The notes beneath the pieces are model-generated. The model was not told the origin of the DNA and searched no databases. It saw nothing but the letters and a program-made list of their open reading frames with translations. A stretch of DNA of 64,000 nucleotides, from NCBI GenBank assembly GCA_951406725.2, contig OX597829.1, positions 5,394,001 through 5,458,000 of the forward strand. Reading direction: 5' to 3'. Made by a program: the position numbers and the translations under genes. Origin of the DNA: Octopus vulgaris (Eukaryota). Positions within the stretch are counted from its first letter, which is position 1; each line of letters begins with the position of its first letter. Shown one piece after another: positions 32,621 through 45,636 of this stretch.

Positions 32621-32832
32621 AAATGTGACCTCGTGTGTACCATTGGCGATTTTTTTTCCTCTGTCTTCCCTTCTCGGGATCTTTCCTTCTCCTTTGTTTC
32701 CGACGAAGAGCTCCGCTCGAAACGTTAAACCCTCCTTCTTTCCTTCTTTCCTGAGCGTCCAATAATACTATATTTGTTCCACGTCCTCGCGTTGTTGTGT
32801 TTTTTGTGCCTTCTTGTTTGGTCTAACTTTAT
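32621..32832 (+). mobile_element. HHR-bearing short repeat (pLTR-like) in a (TA)n context
   Basis: Homologous to 1-90 and, more distantly, to 63820-64000. Confidence 0.75.
32696..32730 (+). ncRNA. Minimal type I hammerhead motif, U4C core variant
   Basis: GUUU-CCGACGA-A-GAGC-ucc-GCUC-GAAAC-GUU-AAAC: stem I 4 bp, stem II 4 bp, palindromic ACGU stem III. Confidence 0.8.
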
Positions 32833-32895
32833 AAATATATATATACATACATATCTACACACAAACACACACATATATGTAATTATAATAACGGC

Positions 32896-33111
32896 ATAGA
32901 AAAAAACCTTTCTAGCTTACATGCTGAGATATAGACGCTAAATCATCTCATCACTCAAAAAGTCAGAAACACATGCGTTGAATTCGAAGCAACAGACCAA
33001 CGGAAGTTATTGGCTTGTTGCTTCGAATTCAACGCATGTTTGTGATTTTTTGAGTGATGAGATGATTTAGCGTCTATATCTCAGCATGTAAGCTAGAAAG
33101 GTTTCTTCTAT
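32896..33111. repeat. Long inverted repeat (~97 bp arms, 21-nt loop)
   Basis: 32896-32994 is the near-perfect reverse complement of 33016-33111. Confidence 0.95.
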
Positions 33112-34364
33112 TATACATATAATTTTACCTGAATCGTCTTTTATTATATGCTGACACCCGATAGTATTTATAGAATGTCTGATGGAATTAAAAATTATTT
33201 TTATGCATTTGTGTACGTTTAAACTAATTAGATATTATTTTACAGAATAATAGAATTAATGTTTCTTTGATTAAAACCCTTTCTAACATGGAAGTATCCA
33301 AAGAGCATTTGAGGCACATAATGCTTTATGAGTACAAAAAAGGAAACTCTGCAACCGATTCGACGTGAAACATATACTCAGTTTATGGGAAAGAATGCTT
33401 GAATGAAAGAACTTGCAGAAGAAGATTGCATAATTCAGAAGTGGAGATTTCAGCCTTGAGGATGAAGATCGAACAGGACATCCAGTTGAGTTTGATGATA
33501 AGCTCTTTGAGACGTTACTTGAAGAAAATCCTGCATTATAAGTTGAAGAATTGTCTATAAAGCTTAGTTCATACCATACAACTGTTCATCGTCATCTTCA
33601 ACAACTTGGAAAGGTTCCTAAAATTGGAAAATGGATGCCTCATGAATTGTCCGAAAGCAACCGCAAATCCCGAGTTGACATCTGCTCTTCTCTCCATTCT
33701 CGCGAACTCATTTCACCCTTTTTGGATAGACTTGTAACTGGTGACGAAAAATGGATCTTTTATCGAAATGTTAAACGTCGTAAACAGTGGCTTGGTAAAA
33801 GGGAAAAAAACTCAACCACAACCAAGAAGGAAACGTCATGGGAAAAAGTGTTCTTCTCTATATCTGGTGGGATTGCAAAGGAGTAATTCACTTTGAATTG
33901 TTACCACCTAATGCAACAATCAATGCTCAAGTCTACTGTCAGCAATTAGAGCGTTTGAACCTAGCTTTGAAGGGAAAAAGACCCGAAAATGGGTGATGGT
34001 TCATCAGGACAATGCGCGACCCCACACTGCAAAGATCGAAGAGCTTGGTTGGGAAAAAATTCCTCCTCCATCTTATTCTCCCGACCTTGCTCCTTCAGAC
34101 TACCATTTATTTCGTAGTTTACAGAATCATTTGGCGGACATAACTTCCGCAAGCCAAAAGGAGGTCGAAACTGACATTTCAGAGTTCTTCGCTTTGAAAC
34201 CAAAAGAGTTTTACATTGATGGGATTAAAAAGCTTGTAAATAGATGGAAGGAAGTCATAGATAATCAGGGAAAGTATATTGATGATTAAATTTCAATTAA
34301 ATATAACATTTGATCAGTTGTTTTCTTTATTCAAAATTCGGACAGAACTTATGGGAAAACCTGA
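33112..34364 (+). mobile_element. Mariner (DD34D) with pseudogenised transposase (ATG 33288, stop 34289); 3' TIR present, 5' TIR not found
   Basis: MEVSKEHLRHIMLYEY, WMPHEL, VTGDEKWIFY, HQDNARPH, YSPDLAPSDYHLF; ends ggacagaacttatgggaaaacctga-TA. Confidence 0.95.
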
Positions 34365-34375
34365 TATATATATAT

Positions 34376-34943
34376 ATCACCTTGATCACCTTGACCGACC
34401 AGTCCGTCAGGCGTCCATTTGACACCGCTGGACACAGCACGCTGTCCACTCCTCTCTAGATCGCGCCTTTCTCATCCACGTGATCCCAATCGTCCTCCTG
34501 AAATCGTAACTCCCCCCTCGTGGAGGTCTTCCGGGTGGTCTTTTCCGCTCACGCGGGTACCACTCAACAACTGCGTGCGTCCACCGATTATCGGTAAGCC
34601 GGGCGACGTGTCCAGCCCATCTATACAGGAAGTAAATAAGTGCCGGGATATCAAAAAGGAGATCTCACGGAGAGTAAGGGCCGGATGGAAGGCGTTCAAT
34701 GGAATAAGGGATATGCTCAAGGGAAGGTTGGACAGGACCACCCGCACTAACCTCATTAACAGTGCAGTTCTGCCTGAAATGTTATATGGTAGTGAAACAT
34801 GGGCTACTACAAAGAGAGAAGAGCAAAGACTGGTAACGGCTCAAAGAGCCACGGAAAGGTCAACGCTTGGTATCTCGTTGAGAGAGCACATCAGTAGCAA
34901 GATCATCAGAAAGAAGTCCGGCGTGGGAGATGTTATCGCAGAG

Positions 34944-34946
<3 letters not shown>
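34376..34946 (-). mobile_element. RTE LINE 3' end with inverted 5' segment
   Basis: 34376-34625 minus: YRWAGHVARLTDNRWT..WYPR + (CAAGGTGAT)n tail. 34626-34946 plus: QEVN..EISRRVRAGWKAF..LYGSETW..DVIAEY. Confidence 0.9.
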
Positions 34947-35010
<64 letters not shown>

Positions 35011-35137
35011 TGGCCTGCTCGCTTAGCCAGCGGGGTTGCGTCATTCGAAGGCTAAAACAATGTGAACGCATTGTGACCAGCGATGTGTAACAACGTCTGA
35101 TGGTGTGGTCGGTCACGTGATCACGTGATATACGTAT

Positions 35138-35193
<56 letters not shown>

Positions 35194-35196
35194 GAA

Positions 35197-36300
35197 TATT
35201 CATTCCATCTTTGAACTTCTTTACTTTAACATCTCAAATGGACGAGCTCTTCCCTGAAGACGGAGACTCGTTTCAATCCATGATGGAATCAAACTATTCT
35301 TTTTTTCCCTTTTTTTCTCCTTCTCCTCGTGGCCACTTGCCAATCCTCTGTGCCGTCTTCATCTGACGACAAGTCGGAGGAATCGGAGTGTGGGAAGAGA
35401 AGGGTATTGGGGTCTATTTCCGAGTGTGTTGATTTTGTTGGTGGTGTTTGGTGACAGTTGGGATGTGGTATTTGGGATTTTGAGGGTGGAGTATAGTCTT
35501 CTTTGGTTTCCTCTTCTTCCTGTGGATTTGTTGCTGGTGGTGGTGATGATTGTGTTGGTTCTGTTCTTGATGGCGCTGGTGGTGGTGTTGTTTTATTTGG
35601 CTGGCTTGGTTGCTGATGTTCCTTCATTTGTTTGTAGAGCTGCTTAATTAGTTGTGCACGTGGCGGTGCGGATAGTAGTGCTGGTCTTTTGCTCGGTTTT
35701 TGGTTTTCTTGTTGTTGTTGCTGTTGTCTCTGTGCTAGTGGGCAGTTAGTTTAAAAATCTGTTTTGCTACAACAAACATAGCAGCTTGGCTTTCTGCCTT
35801 CGTCTGCTATATGCAAGCTCGAATCCTCAATTGGATTCGATGGGGAATTTTTTCAAAATTAACTGGATTGATCTGAGCAAGAATCTCGACTTCTTGGCCA
35901 ATCCAGATTTACTGGTTCTGATCAAAGGTTTCCAATATATGGATTTCGTCCTCGATGTCATAGCAAATGGTAGACACGAGCCATTTTATTTCAATTTCGG
36001 GGATGGGGATCACATTTTTTGTTTTAATTTGTGTGACCCTACGACCAAGGTATGTAGGGATCATGAGAAGATTTTCATGTTGAAAGGACCTTGTGGAGAG
36101 GTCCTAGGCTCGCTCTTCGCTGTCGAATCTTACTTCGATTGTCGCAATTCTGTTTCCCCTCGTTATGCAGTCTTTAAAGGCCCACATGGGCCTAAAACAT
36201 TTTCCATATTTTCATGAGTGGCTATTTCATGTACTTTTGTTTTCGAGTTGAGTGTTTTGTGAACGATTGTTTTTTGTTTTTTGTTTTTTTGAATTGGTAG
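35197..36300 (-). mobile_element. Decayed gag/ORF1-like element with zinc knuckle and no adjacent RT
   Basis: PTYLGRR, KPSCYVCCSK....NCP, Pro/Gln/Thr-rich linker, WQVATRRRRKK*, then a ~90-nt tail. Confidence 0.6.
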
Positions 36301-36700
36301 AGTAAAAAGCAGTAAATTGTAATGGCAGAGTGATGTGTATTCAGAATCGGTTAAAACGATCGTTCAGAGCAACACAGGATAATATGTAAAACATCATAAA
36401 TTTCGCATTTACTTCGAAATTTAATTATGTCCAACTGTACTGTTTCATATGTATCAAAACATCATTATTTATATAATTATGTAATTAGAATATATTATTA
36501 ATTAACTGAACAGCCCCGTTTACTTAAATCTCTGGGTGAATATTACTTTTAAAGCAATTATGTGTCTTAATTATGTAATTATATAAATAACAGAGTTTTA
36601 TGCTAATGAACAGCCCAATTAATTACCAACTCTTCATGAAGTCTATGTTCTTCCGCTTTTTATTCTCTCTCTTACCCTCTCTTTCTCTCTCCTTCACTAT

Positions 36701-36740
<40 letters not shown>

Positions 36741-37189
36741 TATGTACGTACATGTATACTAATGTTAGAAGAACGAACCATGGGTGGTAAATGGATTGGA
36801 GTGGTCAGTAGCAAGTATTTGAACAAGGACAAATAAAGGCATATTAAACAACGTACAAGATAAATGCTATGAGTAACTGAAACTATTTCTGCCCCGAGAG
36901 CTTGATGGTAATTGCTATCAGCTTCTAATAGGAAGCAGAGTTCCTCAAAATCAAGTGTGAATGTGCCAGTGTGAGTCGCATCTAGCAGTTTCTTTATTCA
37001 ATAAACTTTTACTTTTTGAAGATAATTTGAGTAGCTTAATGACCATACTGAGAGTTCCTCGTTAGCTCTATGTTTTACATGATACCTTGTTTAGTTGTAG
37101 GTATGCTCTGATGCTGCAGATCTATGATCAAAGGAATTTCGGCAATGGTCATTCTGATACTTCACTATTGTATGCTTTTAAAATGGATT

Positions 37190-37413
37190 CTCTTTCTCTT
37201 TCTCTTTTACTTGTTTCAGTCATTTTGACTGCGGCCATGCTGGAGCACCGCCTTTAATCGAGCAACTCGACCCCGGGACTTATTCTTTTGTAAGCCCAGT
37301 ACTTATTCTATCGGTCTATTTTGCCGAACCGCTAAGTTACGGGGACGTAAACACACCAGCATCGGTTGTCAAGCAATGCTAGGGGGACAAACACAGACAC
37401 ACAAACACACACA

Positions 37414-37467
<54 letters not shown>

Positions 37468-37632
37468 TACGACGGGATTCTTTCTGTTTCCGTCTTCCAA
37501 ATCCACTCACAAGGCTTTGGTCGGCCCGGGGCTATAATAGAAGACACTTACCCAAGGTGCCACGCAGTGGGACTGAACCCGGAACCATGTGGTTGGTAAA
37601 CAAGCTACTTACCACACAGCCACTCCTGCGCC
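37190..37632 (-). mobile_element. Full-length CORE-type tRNA SINE
   Basis: Aligns to 12731-13141. Confidence 0.9.
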
Positions 37633-38369
37633 TGTTATTTCTAGCAGACCAACTGACCATGTGGAGACCAAGTCATTCACTGCTGTATCGCTGTGCGTTT
37701 GTGTGAATGTGACCGAATAACTTATTTTACAAGAGAAGAAATCCAATGCCAGCCCCTTAATTCTTATATATGCCATGTGTTGTTAAGGAGATTAAACGGA
37801 GAGTTTGAATCTTTAACAACTACTACCGTCATATATAGGAATTCCTCAAATTCTCCAAAACTATGGAATCCTTGGCAGTCTTCAAAAATGTTAGGTCATG
37901 TGGAAGGAGTTAACAGTTAGAAAGAGACTCTGATAAAATAATAGTAAGGAAATATAACTTCAGTGGAAATAAAACACTGAACGTTTCTGATTGCGGGTGG
38001 TTTGCGTTATCGCATTACTGACAGCATAACACCTGAGGTCAAAAGTATCGAGTTACCTTATGGAAAGTTACTAACAGTACATGTCTCATTAATTGCAACA
38101 AGTTACAGCAGTAAATTCTTGTAACATTTCAAGGTACCAATGATATGTGTATGCGTGCGCATATACGGTTTTTTTTATAGATATATACACACAAGCGTAA
38201 AAGTATGTATGTGTGTGTTTATGTGAGTGTGTGTGTGTGTGTGTGTGTGTGAGTGTATGTGTGTGTTTCAGTTTCGTCACCACTGCCACCACCACCAACA
38301 CCACCACCACCTCCGCCGCCACCACCACCACCACCACCACCACCACCACCACCATCATCATCACCATCA

Positions 38370-38835
38370 TAACCATCATTTTGCATCCTGTCTTCGGTGC
38401 TTGAGTTCCATTTAGTACAGCTCAGGAGGCCAAATTTCAAGTTCTTCCCAACTTTTCTTTGGTCTTTGTCTTCTGCCAATTCCATCTACTTGGATTACTG
38501 GTTTCACCTTTATTCAAATATCATTCTCCAAATGCATCACGTCTCCGTCGGCTCATTCCATATTTTGTATTCTATCCTGATTCCTCGTGGTCAACTTTCT
38601 CGCACCTCACTTCAGGAAATATACGCCTCGTCTCTTTCCAGTCTTCATATATCCTTGATATTCAATGCCAAAATTATACAACTATGAAACAGTGCACTTC
38701 TTGCACATACAGCCAACGCTTCACTCAAAGAAAGAAACCTTTCGTTTCTAATAAAGTTACCAACTTTCTGAATCTTTTCCACGCTTCTCTAACTCCATCC
38801 TGCATGGGTAATTAATTCACCAAGGTAGTCAAAAG
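38370..38835 (-). mobile_element. Old RTE-like LINE 3' remnant
   Basis: FDYLG, VREAWKRFRKL; (GAT)/(GGT) tail. Confidence 0.55.
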
Positions 38836-39957
38836 TAACTATTTACAAAGATCACTTCACAGTACTCTAACTATAAACTAAGGCTTCCAGATACCGAATT
38901 CCCTTGAAATTTGGCTAAAACTGCAATCGGTAGTTCCTGAAATTATTATCCCACTTTCTGAGAAATGCCTGAGCGTATTGTTCAAAATCTGATTACGATT
39001 TACAGGACCATATTAAGTGCTCGAATGGTTCAACGCGCATTTTTTTTTTGCATCAATTAAAGAACGTCCATAAAACCTTTTTCTCAGAAAGTAGCTCATT
39101 TGTAGAGTCGAACCGTTTTCGGAAAGAATCGATAAGCAGAAAATAAACTTATTGAAAGAAAAGCAGAGTGAAATTATAGAAATAATATCCATATTAATTG
39201 CTATAGACAGAATTTCCTCAAATACAATAGTAAAAAATACTTTTATAAGGTAAGTTATTACAGATAACGGTTTGGTTTTAATAAAGAATGGATCTCACTT
39301 AACGTAGATGATTCTATGCCAATATGATTGTTAAAAGAACAGTAATTGACAGAACATCTAAAAGACAATACTGTGTAAATGTGGGAACATATAAATGTAT
39401 ATTTAAGTGGCAAATTCTGGAATTTGGGAACTGGCAGAAAAATACGTTGAGCGTTGAGAAACAAAGCTTTCTGGATATAATCTTGATTTGAAAAGAAATA
39501 TAGTTACTGTCTTAACTGATCGAGTAAGTGTTATTAATAAATTTGCTTGATTCTGAACAATTGAACTATACACATGAATTTAACGTACCTGTTTATGATT
39601 TTATCTATGAGAAAACTGTGAAGGTTAATTTACTAAAGTTTCTTGGAAAGACAAGTTTGAAGATATCTATAGGATGGCAATCAAAATTTATATTCTGCTA
39701 TTACAAATGCAGATGTCGATCTGCGGCAAACTAAACTTAATGAAATAACTACTGTTTAAAAAGTTCCTTATTCTGAAAAAAATTAAAACATCTGTATACT
39801 TACTAAGAAATTAGATCAATTGTTAGTTCGTTTCATAAACCTCCAAGAGGGAATGAAGAATTACAATTAATCAATGATGCTCAGACACATTGGAATAATT
39901 TATTTGCAATTTTAGAATGTTCTGTTTTTTTTTTACAGTTCTATTGAAAAAGTTATG

Positions 39958-40005
<48 letters not shown>

Positions 40006-40143
40006 CGAAGATGTACTTGCATAGCGAGTGACCTGATCTGAGATCGTGTGCTGGAACGAAAACAATTGCAGCGTGGAAGGTGTTTATAAGCCATTTAAGA
40101 AACACACAAAAACCGTTCGATTCACTTCAACATTTAAGTTTAA

Positions 40144-40194
40144 TTTGTCAAAATATTTTCGTCGCTTTCAGACCGCGACCTGTTCACTGACAAA
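40144..40194 (-). ncRNA. Hammerhead-like motif with G3:C8 core
   Basis: UUUGUCA-GUGAACA-G-GUCGC-ggucugaaa-GCGAC-GAA-AAUAUU-U-UGACAAA: stem I 7 bp, stem II 5 bp, palindromic stem III. Confidence 0.7.
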
Positions 40195-41268
40195 ACTTCG
40201 TGCTGCATCTGAGAAAGTAACAGTTAGTATGTGTGTGTATGTATGTATATGTTGTATGTATGTATGTATGTATGTATGTATGTATGTATGTATGTATGTA
40301 TGTATGTATGTATGTATGTATGTATGTATGTATGTATGTATGTATGTATGTATGTATGTATTTGCGCATGTATATATGTATGTGCGTATGTATGTATGTA
40401 TGTGTGTAAATGTATGTGCGCATGCATGTGTGCATGCCTATACGCATGTGTGAGTATTTAGGAGAGTGTGTAGACGTGTCTGTGTGTGTGTACATGTGAA
40501 CGTATGTTTATGTACTGATATGTGTCAGTTCAAGTTGTATACATGACTTTCCTTGTTGAAGGTTGTATATATATATACACATATACATTTATGTAGACAC
40601 ACACACACACACACACATATATGTGTGTGTGTGTGTGTGTGTGCGTTTGTCCCTCTCACCACCGTCTAACGGTGAATGGATACAACATCTTATCCACACA
40701 TCCCACTGATGCAATGCTGAGACAGGTCACTGAAGCTGTCTGTATACAAGAATACAAACCCACTCTCAACCGAAAATCCGAATGGGGCAACATCCAGATT
40801 CCACTCGGGAGTACCATTGTATAACCACCCCCCTCTCTCTCTCTCATTTACATGTAGTAATCCATGCATACATGTTGAAATGCATGGTACTAAAATACAT
40901 ATATGCAGTTATATATAACCGTACGAGTGTACATTGTTTGATACGTATGTACGTATGTGTAGATGTATATGTGTGTGTATACGCGTGTGTATGTTAGTGT
41001 ATAAGTATGTACATGCATGCACATATGAGTATGTGTAAATATATATGTATTATATATGTATGCATGTAAAAATAAAACAATATTAAATAAAAAAAAGGAT
41101 AAACAATAAAATAAAGCAAGTTTGAATTTTAACCGTTGACCTTGAAAAGAGTGTCATATAAATGTATATGTATGTGTGTGTGTATGTATAAATATATATA
41201 TATATGTATATGCATGTGTGTGTGTATGTATAAATACATATATATATGTATATGTATGTATGTGTGTG

Positions 41269-41300
<32 letters not shown>

Positions 41301-41471
41301 GAGATGGATGAGCGTATATGCGTGTATACTTTATGATTATACGTATATTTGTGAGGATGTGTAAGTGTATATATGATTGTGTGTATATGTATATATGTAT
41401 AAGGTTATATGTACATATATGTATCTAAGACGTTGTATCCATTCACCGTTAGACGGTGGTGAGAGGGACAA

Positions 41472-41507
<36 letters not shown>

Positions 41508-42063
41508 GTATGTGTGTGTCTATATAAATGTATATATACAACCTTCAACAAGGTAACAGTCATGTATACAACTTGAACTGACAGCACATATCAGTACATA
41601 AACATACGTTCACATATACATAGACATGTACACACACAGACACGTCTACACACTCTCCTAAAAACTCACATACATACCTACATGCGTATAGGCATACACA
41701 CATGTATGCGCACATACACGTACACACATACATACATACGCACATACATGCATACATACATACATAGATACATACCTACATAATACATACATACATACAT
41801 ACATACACACACATACATACATACACACATACATGCATACATACATACATACATACATACATACATACATACATACACACACATACATACATACATACAT
41901 ACATACATACATACATACATACATACATACATACATACATACATACATACATACATACATACATACATACATACATACATACATACATACATACACACAC
42001 ACATACATACGTACATATATATATCATGAACTAACTGTTACTTTCTCAGATGCAGCACGAAGT

Positions 42064-42114
42064 TTTGTCAGTGAAGAGGTCGCGGTCTGAAAGCGAGGAA
42101 AATATTTTGACAAA
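42064..42114 (+). ncRNA. Second copy of the G3 hammerhead-like motif (GUGAAGA, stem II mismatch)
   Basis: Same stems as 40144-40194 with two C/G differences. Confidence 0.55.
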
Positions 42115-42190
42115 TTAAATTTAAATGTTGAAGTGAATCTAACGGTTTTGTGTGTTTCTTAATTGGCTTATAAACACCTTCCACGCTGCA

Positions 42191-42291
<101 letters not shown>

Positions 42292-43299
42292 CGACTTTAT
42301 GCTATTCATATTGTTTTATAACATTAAAACCAGTGAAAATATGGAGTAAAAAAATCTTGGCAGAAGTGATCCAAACCGAAAGCTCTACAGAAGGCATAAT
42401 TCGTTTTTTTTATTCTTATCTCTTTCCAATGTCTCTTACACTGAGAAAGTGTCTTACAGAAACTCTCAAACAACAAAGGAACGACCAATCTGATAACATT
42501 GCTAAAGTATTTATAACATTTACTTTTAATTTTGGTTGGACTAGACTCATTTCTAATTTAGCCGGTAGAAATATTACTGCGAAACACGAAGAAACTGTGA
42601 AAGTATGGTCATTACTTTGTCAGAAGAATCCTCTACTTCCGGATCAAAACCCACGATAACTAGAGAACCTCATCCCCATCGTTAACAAAACTGTTAAAAA
42701 CAATCAAGTGGATGTTTAATCATCCTATAATCGAAAAGAAAAACATTGTCGAAAGGAATGTTTGAAATGATTGAATATAACTTCTATCTTGTACGAACTG
42801 TTCCTTACTTCAGGACTATTCTAATTTCCATCGATGCAAAGAAACCGTTTTCATTAGCTGCGGCCTTTAAAATAATATTGCGATCAAGTTTGAGCTAGAA
42901 CATAAATGTCTTACAAACAACTTGCACATGCAAGTGCTACCAGTTAAAAGCTCCGTATACCGGAAGCCAGCAAGCGTATGGGGTCATCAGGAGAGAATGC
43001 GCGCCGTTTCGGGGCCTACCTCTCTATGGCATCAATGTGCACCGCCCCGCCCCTCACTGATATGAGGCCCCGCTTGCTAGATCAGCTGGTTATGAAGAAC
43101 TCAATATACTTCTAGCCATCGCTCATCGTCTCTTTTTAACCAAATCCAGTGGCTAGCCTTCTCCACTGTAGATTGGATATCAGTCATGGTGGTATTGACT
43201 TTACGATGAGTTAAGCCTATCGATAACAATACGTAATATTTTTTTAATTTCCGAAACATGTTTATCGTCTTTTTTTTCTTTCACGAGTTGTTTTGTATA

Positions 43300-44100
43300 C
43301 AGAACACACGTTTTCAATAGCTATCTATTATGCTTGTAACATCAATGAGCATTTTGACCTTATAACTGCCAGTTCTGATTGCTGGTCATTCTGTTGGTTC
43401 TGCTCGGGGGTAGTCCCCTCTTTCACGCATTCCCCTCGTGTAGAATCCCTGTGTAATAGGATTTCATACTTCCCTTTTCTCGGCGTCAGTAAAGTTGTGT
43501 GTACCACTCTCATTACCGTCTCAATTTTCACCAATTATGTTCTGATTCATACTGACGTACTGCTATGTAATTTAGAATATCTTGTATCTCTAATTCTTAA
43601 ACTGCAGAACATCAGCACCAACAAGCCTCTTACTTTCAGCTTCTCTTCAATAAGTAAACTTGATGAATAGCTTGTTTTATTTGCCAACCTGATATTGTTC
43701 CTTGCTCCTATCTTTCTTTTATTCTTTCCAGAATTGTCCTTAGTTTTTATGGCTCTATCCATAGCATTTCACCACCATGTCATTTTCTGATTATTGGGAT
43801 CATACACAATATCATAGATCTGGTCTTCTGTGGTTCGTAGCAGTTGTTGTAGGCATCGTATTTCATTGGCCTTCATCTCCTCTTTCTTGACGTATGCATA
43901 ATTTATTTCGCTTGTTTAAATTTGAACCTACGTTTTGCTGAGAACTATTTCAGCGTCCATAACTTCTTTATGTCTTTTGGTTTATCTAGCTTTTTACTTC
44001 GATGTCACTTATTACTATTAAGTGATACATTCACAACCATGCCTGTCCTCGTTTCTTGGTTTGATATGTTCACCGGTTATTCTTCAAGTTGGTCTGTTTG
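43300..44100 (-). mobile_element. Old RTE-like LINE internal remnant
   Basis: TWW*NAMDRAIKTK-type linker between EN and RT; very decayed. Confidence 0.45.
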
Positions 44101-44479
44101 AGGGAAGGGCTGTATTTCGCAGACTCTTCGAAATTAGTGAGATTGACACTGTTTATGTTTCTCTTGGATATTTGCGAGATGACCATTGTAAGAAACAATG
44201 GGCAAGGGGACAAATGTAGAGTGTCAGTGATCTGTGGAAAATGGGTCGCGTTTATTGACCAGTGTGAGAGCTGGATTGGTGGACACAATTTATGAGCGAA
44301 TCGGGGGTGCTTAAGTGCAGGTGACCAACCAGCATCCAAAAGCGGAAGTCACTGTAGTGGTGGTAGAAAAGCTGATCAGAAGAGACAACATATTTGTCTA
44401 CCAAGGCTCGTAATGTATTGGTGAGTATCTATGCACATGTATACACCCACCGACGCACACCAACTTTTATACATACGCA

Positions 44480-44810
44480 GACATGGCTGTGTGATGAGCC
44501 TTCAGCATGTGTCTTCTATTATGTTCCTAGGCTTATTAATGCCTTGTAAGAGAAATTTATAGACATAGTATTATGTGTATGCGCTTGTGTATGTATGTGT
44601 GTCTTTTTTGTTTGTGTGTTCCGCTCACCGCATGGTAACAAGTGTTGGTTGGTTTACGCCATCACAACGAAGCTTGTTGACAAAGGGAAATGGATAGAAT
44701 AACAATTAGGCTTAAAAATAAGTTCTGGAGTTGATTTAATGGATTAAACTCTTCAAGGCGATGCCTCAACCTGGTTGTAATCCAATATTAAAACCAGTAC
44801 AAGAGTAATA
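44480..44810 (+). mobile_element. Highly diverged CORE-type SINE
   Basis: atggctgtgtg...gtgtcttctattat...gatagaataa...cttcaaggcgatgcc. Confidence 0.55.
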
Positions 44811-45037
44811 TGTATATAAATATAGATATACATACATGCATATATACATATATGTATATAATTCCAAGAGAGTTAGAGGTTGTAAATCCAACCAACTAAG
44901 GGATAATATCTATCCAATATACTGCTGGTAGAATACCCAATTATTAATACACAAGTGTTTTTTCACTGCATGGCAATTACATTACCGAGTGTAATAAATG
45001 GGTGAGGGTAAAAAGTTGTTTTACCCTTAATTTATAT

Positions 45038-45427
45038 AGCAATAAGAAAATGGAGGGGATGAAGAGGTGGTATTCATCAACTTTTAGACATATTATGTCT
45101 ATTTATTAATCTAAAAAACACTTATAACAATATACATACATGTATAACATATGCTTTAAACATATAATAAATAAAATATAAAAATACCAGTAATTATTAA
45201 ACTATATAACGTAGAGCATACCCTAATTCTACTTTCTATGCTCTACGTTATATATTTTAATAATTACTGGTATTTTTATATTTTATTTATTATATGTTTA
45301 AAGCATATGTTATACATGTATGTATATTGTTATAAGTGTTTTTTTTAATTAATAAATAAGTTGACAAAATATAATGTCTAAAAGTTTATGAATACCACCT
45401 CTTGATCCCCTCCATTTTCTTATTGCT
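45038..45427. repeat. AT-rich long inverted repeat (~185 bp arms, 16-nt loop)
   Basis: 45038-45220 is the reverse complement of 45237-45427 with few differences. Confidence 0.95.
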
Positions 45428-45431
45428 GTAC

Positions 45432-45464
<33 letters not shown>

Positions 45465-45571
45465 TGTATGTATGTATGTATGTATGTATGTATGTATATT
45501 TGTGGCCGTGTGTATATATGTATATATATATATATATACATACATATACATACATGCATAAATGTATGTAT

Positions 45572-45636
<65 letters not shown>

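Noticed and set aside
34419-35090. 223 aa ORF as a gene
   Set aside because: Chimera of antisense RTE, sense RTE, microsatellite and SINE tail.
35786-36217. 143 aa plus-strand ORF
   Set aside because: Antisense shadow of the minus-strand ORF1-like remnant.
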